Shown: piece by piece, positions 18,801-27,214 of the stretch
How positions within the stretch are numbered: the first letter of the stretch is position 1
Layout of the letters: every line of letters starts with the position of its first letter
Assembly: GCA_963675665.1 (NCBI GenBank)
Contig: OY776510.1
Span: 2,880,001 to 2,944,000 of the forward strand
Source: Spirochaetia bacterium
GTDB taxonomy: Bacteria > Spirochaetota > Spirochaetia > UBA9216
Reading direction: 5' to 3'
Length of the DNA stretch: 64,000 nt
The notes under the pieces: model-generated
What the model was told of the DNA's origin: nothing
Seen by the model: only the letters and a program-made list of their open reading frames with translations
Databases searched by the model: none
Program-made: the position numbers and the translations under genes

Positions 18801-19328
18801 ATGAAAAAAGGACTGAAAATCGCCATTTCCGGTAAAAGCGGATGCGGAAACTCAACCGTAAGCAGTATTGTAGCCGAAAAGCTTGGTTTCGAGATGATTA
18901 ATTTTACATTCCGCCAGCTTGCTGAAGAAAAAAAGATCGAATTCAGGGAACTTTGCAGAATCGCAATGAAAGATTTTTCATATGACCGCGAGCTTGACCG
19001 CAGGCAGGTTGAGATGGCAAGCCGCGGCAACTGTGTGCTCGGAAGCCGGTTAGCTGTATGGATGCTGAAAGATGCCGATTTGAAAATCTTTCTGAACGCC
19101 TCAACCGATACCCGGGCCGGCAGAATCAGGCAGCGGGAAGGCGGTCACGCCGAAGAAGTTCTTGCTGAAACAGAAAAAAGAGATCTTAACGATTCGGCAC
19201 GGTATAAAGAAATTTATAATATCGACAATAATGATTACGGTTTTGTTGATATTGTAATCAATGCCGACAGGCTGGACCAGTATCAGATAGCGGATATAAT
19301 AATAGCTGCCGCCAAGTCTTTACAGTAG
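18801..19328 (+). CDS. cmk: Short (archaeal-type) cytidylate kinase family protein
   Basis: 'ISGKSGCGNST', 'GSRLA', 'DLKIFL.AS..RA.RI..RE', 'RYKEIYNID'. Confidence 0.75.
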   Translation: MKKGLKIAISGKSGCGNSTVSSIVAEKLGFEMINFTFRQLAEEKKIEFRELCRIAMKDFSYDRELDRRQVEMASRGNCVLGSRLAVWMLKDADLKIFLNASTDTRAGRIRQREGGHAEEVLAETEKRDLNDSARYKEIYNIDNNDYGFVDIVINADRLDQYQIADIIIAAAKSLQ

Positions 19329-19381
19329 TTGTAATTATTGATATATTGTGGTTTGAAATAGATAATATCAGGAGTATGTGA

Positions 19382-19573
19382 ATGATCCTACCTCTTTCAG
19401 AGCTTATCGACCTGCAGGAAGATGTTTATGCCTGCACATGCGCGATCATAAAAAGGGCTCAGCAGGTTACAGTAGCAGGCGATGAAGAGCTTGATAAAAA
19501 TAACGGCAAAGTCGTTTCAACCGCGATCAATCAGGTCTTAACAACCAAAGTTGAATACGCCATAGAGGACTAA
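19382..19573 (+). CDS. rpoZ: RNA polymerase omega subunit
   Basis: 'VY......IKRAQQ...KVVSTA' pattern, 63 aa, context after nucleotide kinase. Confidence 0.75.
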   Translation: MILPLSELIDLQEDVYACTCAIIKRAQQVTVAGDEELDKNNGKVVSTAINQVLTTKVEYAIED

Positions 19574-20616
19574 TGCCGGAAGAAACAACCGGAGTCGCAG
19601 CAACTGAAGCTGAATCGACTTCCGTTGTTATAACCAAGGTTAAAAAACCGAAGGTTAAAAAACCGAAGGTTAAAAAACCGAAGGTTAAAAAACCGAAGGT
19701 TAAAAAACCGAAGGTTTTACTGATCTTCGGGCCGACAGCAGTAGGAAAAACCGCACTGCTGGAAGCTCCTGTTTTTAAAAATTCAGAAATAATAAATGCC
19801 GACTCAATGCAGGTTTACCGGGGTATGGATATAGGTACGGCCAAGCCCGATGCGGCCTTTCTGTCGCGGGTAAAGCATCACCTTATTGATATTCGCGGGC
19901 CTGGCGAACAGTTTCATGCCGGAGATTTTGTTGAGCTGGCCGACAGGCTTGTAACAGAAATAATCGGGCGGGGCAGGCTTCCCGTTATCTGCGGCGGAAC
20001 GGGTTTCTATTTTAAAAACTTCATCTACGGCCTGCCGGATGCCCCGCCGTCGGATGAGCTGATTCGTAAACGGCTGCAGGCGGAGCTGGACGCGGGGGGA
20101 GCTGAAAGTCTGGTGAAAAGGCTTGAAAAGGCGGACCCCGTATCAGCCGCCAGGATAAACAAAAACGATAATTACAGGATTCTCAGGGCCCTTGAGGTAT
20201 TTGAGGTTTCGGGACGCCCGCTTTCCGAATACAGGATTCCATCAAAGCCCCGTGCAGAGTACGACTGCCTTCTTGTCGGGTTGAACCGCGAGCGTGAAGA
20301 GCTGTATAAACGGATAAATCAGCGTGTTGATATAATGTTTGCAGAAGGTCTTGAGATTGAAGTCTCGCGTCTGAGGGCGGAAGGCTGCAATGAAACGTAC
20401 CCCGGAATGAAGGGAATCGGTTACCGCGAGTTTTTTACAGCCGAAAAAGAAGGTTTGACGAGGGAGCGGCTTGCAGAACTGATTAAACGTAATTCGAGAC
20501 ATTACGCAAAAAGACAGATTACATGGTTCGGTCAGCTTGAAGGAATAAACTGGTTCAGCCCTGATGATATTGACGGAATCAGTGCCTGCGTTAAGAATTT
20601 TTTATCCGGCAGCTGA
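19573..20616 (+). CDS. miaA: tRNA dimethylallyltransferase with N-terminal (KVKKP)5 extension
   Basis: 'GPTAVGKT', 'DSMQVYRGMDIGTAKP', 'GGTGFY', 'YAKRQITW'. Confidence 0.95.
   Translation: MPEETTGVAATEAESTSVVITKVKKPKVKKPKVKKPKVKKPKVKKPKVLLIFGPTAVGKTALLEAPVFKNSEIINADSMQVYRGMDIGTAKPDAAFLSRVKHHLIDIRGPGEQFHAGDFVELADRLVTEIIGRGRLPVICGGTGFYFKNFIYGLPDAPPSDELIRKRLQAELDAGGAESLVKRLEKADPVSAARINKNDNYRILRALEVFEVSGRPLSEYRIPSKPRAEYDCLLVGLNREREELYKRINQRVDIMFAEGLEIEVSRLRAEGCNETYPGMKGIGYREFFTAEKEGLTRERLAELIKRNSRHYAKRQITWFGQLEGINWFSPDDIDGISACVKNFLSGS
19636..19716 (+). repeat. Perfect 15-bp tandem repeat AAGGTTAAAAAACCG x5.4
   Basis: Five identical units plus AAGGTT, in frame in miaA. Confidence 0.97.
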
Positions 20617-20624
20617 CCTTTTTT

Positions 20625-21182
20625 TCAGGAACCTTTCTCTTCAGAAAAAACAACAGCTGAAAATATCTCGATCTTCGTTGCCGGGTCTTTCCATGCATCT
20701 TTCGGCAGTCCGGCCTTCATGCAGGTGTGCTGCACAAAGGTGTCGCGGTCCCAACCCTGTTCGGTTGCGACCTGGGGCAGCAGCACTCCGGAACTGAACC
20801 CCCTGGTCATAAAGATACCGTGAACGCCTGTTTTTATTTCCGATATATCGGTAATTTCACGAAGAGGCGATAGAACGGAGATTTCAATATGAATACGGTT
20901 GAATTCTTCAGGTCTTAAAGCCGGGAACCGGGGATCGTCGAATGCTGCCGCATGCGCCATCGATGTAACGGTATCTATAAGGGGGCGTCGTCCGATGATA
21001 TTGCCTATACAGCCGCGGAGCATACCGCTGCTGTGAAGCGTTACAAAAGCGCCGCAAACCTGCCGAAGGTTTGCGGTCGGCGCCGGAAACTCTACCGGCC
21101 CCAGATCCAGATCTGATTTGATTTTTTCTCTGGCAGTTACAAGCAGTATTCGTTTTTCTTCCCCCGATAGGTTGAAATCCAT
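20625..21182 (-). CDS. AMMECR1 family protein (AmmeMemoRadiSam protein A)
   Basis: 'GAFVTL...LRGCIG', 'DPRF', 'LLPQVATEQGW', 'KAGL'. Confidence 0.9.
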   Translation of the reverse strand: MDFNLSGEEKRILLVTAREKIKSDLDLGPVEFPAPTANLRQVCGAFVTLHSSGMLRGCIGNIIGRRPLIDTVTSMAHAAAFDDPRFPALRPEEFNRIHIEISVLSPLREITDISEIKTGVHGIFMTRGFSSGVLLPQVATEQGWDRDTFVQHTCMKAGLPKDAWKDPATKIEIFSAVVFSEEKGS

Positions 21183-21207
21183 AATAATTCCTCCCTGAAA
21201 AGGCTGT

Positions 21208-22605
21208 TCAGTCGATGTCCATCATTCTGTTTAGTCTTTCCTGATCAAGTATAACAGATAAATTCTTTTCCTGTGTAGGAATAACCAGGCCTTTTAGTCC
21301 GTCTTTTGCGCGCCTGAGATATTTTACCTGGGTATAGTATAATTCGCCCCTGCCTGAATTGCGTCCTTTACTGTAGAACAGCGCGAGATTTCCGGCATCA
21401 AGAAGGATATCGAGCGGGACCGACTTTCCCTTTATGGTTTTGATAAAAACATATCCGCCCGGATAATCTCTTGTATGAAGCCAAAGATCATTTCCGCGCA
21501 TGAATTTTCGTAAAAGGGTATCATTTTCAGAAGAACTTCGACCAACCAGAATTGTGTATATGCCTGACCTGTAGCTGAGTCCAGGCGGTTTTTCTTTCTC
21601 GTCTTCCCGGCTGGGTTTCGGAACTGATTCTATAAACGATTTAAGGACTTCAAGGCTTTCTTCCTTCTCAACCTGCAGCCTGTCGGCTTCAATGTTTTTA
21701 AGCATAAGTCGGTGGTTCTTCAGATCTTCTTCCACTTTTTCGACCCCGGATTTTGCCTTGCGGTATCGTGTGTAATATTTTTCTGCATTCTTTTCAGGGC
21801 TGAGGGTGGGATTAAGTTCTATCTGTATCTCTTCGTTATCCGAATAATAGTTATTTACGGTTACCCATTTATCTCCGCGGCTGACAAGATGAATATTACT
21901 CATCAGCAGATCTCCGGTTTGTTTATATGCTTCAAACTGCTCATACTGTCCCGATTTTTTCTCAAGCTTGTCGAGAGTTGAGCGAATACGGGCCTCATCC
22001 GAGGCTATCCTGCGAAGGGCTTTTTCACGAAACCGCAACAACTCGGAATCATGCTCGTTTGAGCTGTAAAACTCATTGATTTTTTCGTTAAACGAACCGC
22101 TGCCGGGAAGTTCCCTTATGCTGAATTCCCTGGCAGAAGGTTTTGCCCCGGGCAGCACGAAACTGCCGCCTGAAACCTCACCGCGGGCGGGCCTGCGGTA
22201 AAAAGCGTCATGTACGTTGCCTTCGGAATCGGCGGCTATGATATTGGCGGCGCCGCTCCAGAGTCTGAACCAGAGAACAATCTCTTCGCCTGCCCGAAGA
22301 ATATCCATCCTGACGATTCTGTCGTTATTTATCTGTTTTAATGATATTACTCTTCCGCCCCTGACTCTTGATCTCATAAACTGTGCAAACCGCTGCAGTT
22401 TAATTTCATTGGCGGGTGCCGCCGGTACAAGATGAAGACGAGTTCTCCCGGGCGCCAGGCATACAATAATGCCGAAACGTCCTCCCGGCTTGTAAAACTC
22501 AAGATACAGGGTGTGGAAATTAGGCTGTTTGATCTTTTGCAGATGAGCGCCTTCAATATCAAGCTCACCAAGGACCGCATCAATTTCTTTATGGTTTAGT
22601 GACAT
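21208..22605 (-). CDS. rqcH: NFACT/RqcH (FbpA-like) ribosome quality-control protein
   Basis: 'NDRIV', 'NAEKYY.RYRKAK', 'VGR...END.L', 'DLWLH'. Confidence 0.8.
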   Translation of the reverse strand: MSLNHKEIDAVLGELDIEGAHLQKIKQPNFHTLYLEFYKPGGRFGIIVCLAPGRTRLHLVPAAPANEIKLQRFAQFMRSRVRGGRVISLKQINNDRIVRMDILRAGEEIVLWFRLWSGAANIIAADSEGNVHDAFYRRPARGEVSGGSFVLPGAKPSAREFSIRELPGSGSFNEKINEFYSSNEHDSELLRFREKALRRIASDEARIRSTLDKLEKKSGQYEQFEAYKQTGDLLMSNIHLVSRGDKWVTVNNYYSDNEEIQIELNPTLSPEKNAEKYYTRYRKAKSGVEKVEEDLKNHRLMLKNIEADRLQVEKEESLEVLKSFIESVPKPSREDEKEKPPGLSYRSGIYTILVGRSSSENDTLLRKFMRGNDLWLHTRDYPGGYVFIKTIKGKSVPLDILLDAGNLALFYSKGRNSGRGELYYTQVKYLRRAKDGLKGLVIPTQEKNLSVILDQERLNRMMDID

Positions 22606-22616
22606 ACTTCCGGATT

Positions 22617-23171
22617 CTATACAGACATCCGGCTCTTTTCAACAGCAGAATAAAAACTATCCAGATCTTTTTCCGAGAAGAAAACAAGGATTACTTCGCG
22701 GGGAAGGCTGTTATTTCTGAGGTGATCAAGTATGGTTTCATAAGCTATAACAGCGGCCAGCTTTTTGGGAAAGCCGTAAATTCCGGTTGATATTGCAGGA
22801 AAAGCAATTGTCTTGATTCCGGTTTCCGACGCAAGGTTGAGAGAATTTCGGTAAGCGTCGGCAAGGGTTTCACGTTCGTTTGTTTTACCGCCGTGCCAGA
22901 TTGGCCCTACTGTATGGATTACATATTTTGCCGGCATATTACCTGCGGTTGTAAGAACTGCTTTTCCGGGAGGAAGTCCGTCGGGATAACGGTGGGTGCG
23001 AATGTCCCTGCATTCGGCAAGAATTAAGGGCCCCCCGGCCCTGTGGATTGCTCCGTCAACGCCTCCTCCGCCAAGAAGGCTCGAATTGGCGGCATTTACT
23101 ACCGCATCAACGTCCATGGAAGTTAAATCACCGGTTAGAACCTTTAACCGGTCCGGGAATTTCTTCTCCAT
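22617..23171 (-). CDS. Macro-domain O-acetyl-ADP-ribose deacetylase (YmdB-like)
   Basis: 'VNAANSSLLGGGGVDGAIHRAGG', 'FPAISTGIYGFP'. Confidence 0.92.
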   Translation of the reverse strand: MEKKFPDRLKVLTGDLTSMDVDAVVNAANSSLLGGGGVDGAIHRAGGPLILAECRDIRTHRYPDGLPPGKAVLTTAGNMPAKYVIHTVGPIWHGGKTNERETLADAYRNSLNLASETGIKTIAFPAISTGIYGFPKKLAAVIAYETILDHLRNNSLPREVILVFFSEKDLDSFYSAVEKSRMSV

Positions 23172-23256
23172 TGAATCCTCCGGTTAATAATGATAGAGGT
23201 GTTTTCAATATATGTCCAATTAATTCGGATTTAACCGGATATAACCGAACGATGAT

Positions 23257-24315
23257 TTATTCCTGAAGCTCCTTCATTGCAGCAAGAAGCGTGTTCATAT
23301 CCGCATCGGTGCCTATAGTAATTCTTACAAAATCGGAAATACCCGGGAAGTTAAAAAATCGTACGAGTATTTTACGGTCCCTGAGTCTTGAATAGATTTC
23401 TTTTCCGGTAAGTCCGTTTCGGCGTGTAAAAACAAAATTTGCAGCGGAAGGCAGAACCTCCCATCCGAGAGCTTCGGCTTCAGCGGTAAACCTTTTCCTG
23501 GTTGCTATTATTCTTCTGATTACCGATTCAGAGTATTCTCTGTCCCGTACAGCCAGCTCGCCGCATTTCTGTGCCATGAAATCAACCGGGTATGAATTAA
23601 ATGAATCTTTAACGGTTGTAAGAGCATTAATAAGTTTTTCATTTCCAAGCGCATAGCCGAGACGAAGTCCTGCAAGCGATGAACTTTTTGAGAAGGTTCT
23701 TACAACCAGAAGATTATCATAAGCGCTGATAAGTTTTACGGCAGATTCACCGCCGAATGCGATATACGCTTCATCGATAGCAACAAGCCTGTCTTTTCTG
23801 AAGCCGTCGAGAAGTCTTTTTATTTCCGGGAGGGGCAGGCCGATGCCGGTAGGGGCGTTCGGGTTAGGAATAATCAGTCCTGCCGTATCTTCCCGAAGAT
23901 AATCATCAATGCAGATTGAGAAATCCTTATGCAAGCCGATTTTTTCAAAGGGAATATTATAAAAGCCCGAATAAACCGGATAGAACGAATATGTGAATTC
24001 AGGAAACAGCAGCGGCCCGTTTTTTCCGTCGAAAAAACCGAAAAACACAAACGAAAGAACTTCGTCCGAGCCGTTGCCGATAAAAACATTTTTAGGACTT
24101 ACATCTTCATGCTCGGCAATTGCTTCACGAAGAAGCGATGATGTAGGTTCAGGGTACAGCCTGAGTTTATTAATATCGATTGAGGACAGAAATTCCTTTA
24201 TCCTGGGTGTAGGCGGATATGGATTTTCGTTTGTGTTGAGTTTTATATATTCTCCGTCCCGGGGCTGTTCGCCCGGAACATAGGGGCTGAGGTTCGTCAT
24301 TCGTTCTGAAAGCAT
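23257..24315 (-). CDS. hisC: Histidinol-phosphate aminotransferase
   Basis: 'YVPGEQP', 'KLNTNENPY', 'GNGSDE', 'RTFSK...LAGLRLG'; true start MLSERM after GGAGA. Confidence 0.92.
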   Translation of the reverse strand: MLSERMTNLSPYVPGEQPRDGEYIKLNTNENPYPPTPRIKEFLSSIDINKLRLYPEPTSSLLREAIAEHEDVSPKNVFIGNGSDEVLSFVFFGFFDGKNGPLLFPEFTYSFYPVYSGFYNIPFEKIGLHKDFSICIDDYLREDTAGLIIPNPNAPTGIGLPLPEIKRLLDGFRKDRLVAIDEAYIAFGGESAVKLISAYDNLLVVRTFSKSSSLAGLRLGYALGNEKLINALTTVKDSFNSYPVDFMAQKCGELAVRDREYSESVIRRIIATRKRFTAEAEALGWEVLPSAANFVFTRRNGLTGKEIYSRLRDRKILVRFFNFPGISDFVRITIGTDADMNTLLAAMKELQE

Positions 24316-24321
24316 GATCTT

Positions 24322-24433
24322 CTCCAATAAAAAGTATCCGCCATGGATGGCTGTTAGTGAGGTGAAGTTTGCATGCGTAGCTGGCAAACTTCAAAATGAT
24401 AAAATAACATGGACGTTATTTTATCATTCCTCC
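24322..24433 (-). repeat. GGAG-bounded multi-hairpin intergenic element, copy C
   Basis: Shares exact blocks with copy B: ggaggaatgataaaataac, gttattttatcattttgaagtttg, caaacttcacctc; gccat/atggc hairpin; tttttatt GGAG. Confidence 0.85.
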
Positions 24434-24492
24434 AAATAAACTGTATGGCACAGAATATCTTAAGCGGCGGAAAATGTCAGCTCCATAAAGAC

Positions 24493-24521
24493 AAAAAAAT
24501 CCCCGAACGGGTAATTCGGGG
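24493..24521 (-). terminator. Intrinsic terminator of trpB
   Basis: ccccgaa/ttcgggg stem, then A and T7 on the minus strand. Confidence 0.75.
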
Positions 24522-24571
24522 AAAGCAGTTGTCCTGCTGCTGGTGTAAAATATTTAACAAAAAGGAGTTAG

Positions 24572-25768
24572 TTATCTGACTCCGTAATTATCAACTATAA
24601 AATCAATATCCTTGTCTCCGCGTCCGCTGAGGTTTACCAGGATTGATTCTCTTGGTTTTTCCTTGGCAAGTTTCATGGCGTAGGCAAGGGCATGAGCGCT
24701 TTCAAGGGCCGGAATAATTCCTTCTTTTCTGCTGAGTGTGTAGAATGCATCGAGGCAGTCTTCATCCGAAGCGGTTACGTATTCGACTTTGCTCTTGTCT
24801 TTAAGCATTGAATGCTCGGGGCCTACTCCCGGATAATCAAGACCGCTTGCAATTGAATATACAGGGGACGGGTCGCCGTTTTCTTCCTGGAGAAGATAGC
24901 ATTTGAAACCATGGATAATTCCGGGTTTTCCGTAGGTAATGGTAGACGCGTGGTCGCCGGGTTTAAATGATCTTCCTGAAGGTTCAACTCCGTAGAGCGT
25001 AGTTTCTTCATCATCAAGGAATGCCGAGAAAAGTCCCATGGCGTTGCTTCCGCCGCCGACGCAGGCTACTATATTGTCCGGAAGTTCTCCGGTCATTTCA
25101 AAAAACTGTTCCCGGGCTTCAATGCCGACAACACGCTGAAAATCTCTGACCATCATCGGAAACGGATGCGGGCCGACTACCGAACCTATACAATAGATGG
25201 TGGATATCGGGTCTTTAAGATACGCCTGGAAAGCGGAGTCAACAGCTTCCTTGAGCGTTTTCAGTCCGTGTGATACCGGGACGACTTCTGCTCCGAGAAG
25301 TTTCATTCTGATGACATTCGGATGTTCCTTTACTATATCTACTTCACCCATGTGAATTTCACATTCAAGTCCGAAATAAGCCGCGGCTGTAGCAAGAGCA
25401 ACCCCGTGCTGACCTGCGCCTGTTTCCGCTATAAGTTTTTTCTTGCCCATATATTTTGCAAGAAGGGCCTCTCCCATGCAGTGATTGAGTTTATGGGCCC
25501 CTGTATGGTTTAAATCTTCTCTTTTCAGGTATATTCTTCCGCCGAGTTCATCTGAAAGTGTTTTTGCAAAGTACACCGGAGTAGGACGTCCCTGAAAATG
25601 TTTTCTGATGTTTCTCAATTCTGAAATGAATTGATGTGATTTGCTGATTGAATAATAAGCATCAGTAATTTTATCCATTTCTCCCTGGAGTTCGGGAGGT
25701 ATATAACTGCCGCCGTATTCACCGAAATTCCCGTTAGCATCAGGAAAAGTTTTGAAATAATTGTTCAT
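24572..25768 (-). CDS. trpB: Tryptophan synthase beta chain (no adjacent trpA)
   Basis: '[13 protein letters not shown]', 'AETGAGQHG', 'GGGSNA', '[11 protein letters not shown]', 'LSGRGDKD'. Confidence 0.95.
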   Translation of the reverse strand: MNNYFKTFPDANGNFGEYGGSYIPPELQGEMDKITDAYYSISKSHQFISELRNIRKHFQGRPTPVYFAKTLSDELGGRIYLKREDLNHTGAHKLNHCMGEALLAKYMGKKKLIAETGAGQHGVALATAAAYFGLECEIHMGEVDIVKEHPNVIRMKLLGAEVVPVSHGLKTLKEAVDSAFQAYLKDPISTIYCIGSVVGPHPFPMMVRDFQRVVGIEAREQFFEMTGELPDNIVACVGGGSNAMGLFSAFLDDEETTLYGVEPSGRSFKPGDHASTITYGKPGIIHGFKCYLLQEENGDPSPVYSIASGLDYPGVGPEHSMLKDKSKVEYVTASDEDCLDAFYTLSRKEGIIPALESAHALAYAMKLAKEKPRESILVNLSGRGDKDIDFIVDNYGVR

Positions 25769-25819
25769 ATCGCGTTTCTCCTTGTAGTAACGACATGATA
25801 CAACGACATTATGTTTCTG

Positions 25820-27208
25820 TCAATAGAAACATTTGCGAATTTCAGCAACCATATAGAACGAACCGGCAACCAGAATGGGAAAATTGTATGAAACAGCAGT
25901 CTTCAGGGCAGTTTCAGGATCTTTTTCCAGCAGAACTGTTGAATTATCACCGCAGGTATCACTGAAAACAGAAAAAACCTTACGGGGATCGCTTTTTTTA
26001 AAGTTTCCAGGCGTGGAGATAATAATTGTTCCGAATTTGCCATCGAGCTGACGGGCCATGCCGGCTATGTCTTTTCCTTCGACGGCGCCGAAGACAAGAA
26101 CGGAATTATTCGTTGAGTTTCCAGCTTCAAAGGCTGTTGAAAAAAAGGCTTCGGAAGCCGCCCTGATCGATTCTACGGTATGGGCGCCGTCCAGTATTAC
26201 AACAGGCCTGTCCACGGTACCGGGAATAATTTCCGCCCGGCCCGGCAATGAAGCTGAGGAAATGCCTAAAGAGGGATCAAACCCGCACGGAAGCTGATCT
26301 TTACGGGTTTCGCAGATACCGGAAAGACAGGAGACGGCAAGAACGGCGTTATCAGCCTGAAACCGTCCGGGAGTTTTTAACCGGATATTGTATTCGCAGC
26401 TGTTTTTAAATTTAAGCCGGAAACTCTGACGGTATTCAGAAGAAACTGTCGCCGGGAACGACTGATAATCGGTAACGGCATGAACAAGATCATCAGGAAA
26501 GAACAGCGCTGAACCCGCCTCTTCAGCCCGTTTTCTGAAAACTGATTCAGCCTCAGGTTTCTGTCGTGCAGAGTATACGGGAACTCCCTGTTTTATAATG
26601 CCTGCTTTTTCTCCGGCTATTTCTTTAATTGTGTTTCCAAGGTAATCGGTATGCTCCAGTTCAATAATGGTAAGCACAGAGGCTTCCGGGATGAGTACGT
26701 TTGTAGCGTCAAGCCTTCCGCCGAGCCCTGTTTCAAAAACAGCCCATTCGCAGCCGGTTCTCCGGAAAACAAGAAACGACAACAGGGTAAGAAGCTCGAA
26801 TGTCGTAGGCGCTCCGCCCGGGAAATTTGTTAAAGCGCCGCCGTAAGCCCCGAATTCATCAAGCCGGGTCATCATAAATGAGGCGGTTTCAGCGTATACG
26901 GCGTCTTCAAAAAACACTCCGGCTTCGCTGATACGTTCTTTGTAGGTTTGAACATGCGGAGAACAGAAAAGCCCGGTTTTCAGCCCGTTTGCCGACAGAA
27001 CCGCTGCCATAAAGGAGGCTGTAGAGCCCTTTCCCTTTGAGCCGGCCACATGAATTGATTTAAACGCATTCTGCGGATTGTCGAACAGTTTCAGCAGTTC
27101 CCACATCCGGTCAAGCCGGTATTCGCGGGCCGTCAGGTTGGGGCTTTTTTCGAGGTTTGTAAAAGATTCAAGGAAAGCGAAAGCCGCCTCCGCCGAATTG
27201 AATTTCAT
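25820..27208 (-). CDS. folC: Folylpolyglutamate/dihydrofolate synthase
   Basis: 'HVAGSKGKGS', 'SPH', 'ETGLGGRLDATNV', 'LDGAH'. Confidence 0.92.
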   Translation of the reverse strand: MKFNSAEAAFAFLESFTNLEKSPNLTAREYRLDRMWELLKLFDNPQNAFKSIHVAGSKGKGSTASFMAAVLSANGLKTGLFCSPHVQTYKERISEAGVFFEDAVYAETASFMMTRLDEFGAYGGALTNFPGGAPTTFELLTLLSFLVFRRTGCEWAVFETGLGGRLDATNVLIPEASVLTIIELEHTDYLGNTIKEIAGEKAGIIKQGVPVYSARQKPEAESVFRKRAEEAGSALFFPDDLVHAVTDYQSFPATVSSEYRQSFRLKFKNSCEYNIRLKTPGRFQADNAVLAVSCLSGICETRKDQLPCGFDPSLGISSASLPGRAEIIPGTVDRPVVILDGAHTVESIRAASEAFFSTAFEAGNSTNNSVLVFGAVEGKDIAGMARQLDGKFGTIIISTPGNFKKSDPRKVFSVFSDTCGDNSTVLLEKDPETALKTAVSYNFPILVAGSFYMVAEIRKCFY

Positions 27209-27214
27209 CGGCGG

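Noticed and set aside
19636-19716. Repeat array as a possible CRISPR
   Set aside because: The 15-bp units are contiguous with no spacers, lie in frame within miaA, and no cas genes are present.
23179-23239. Inverted repeat tccggttaa/ttaaccgga overlapping the macro-domain gene RBS as a fifth element copy
   Set aside because: Only a 9-bp stem, lacking the conserved blocks and the second GGAG.
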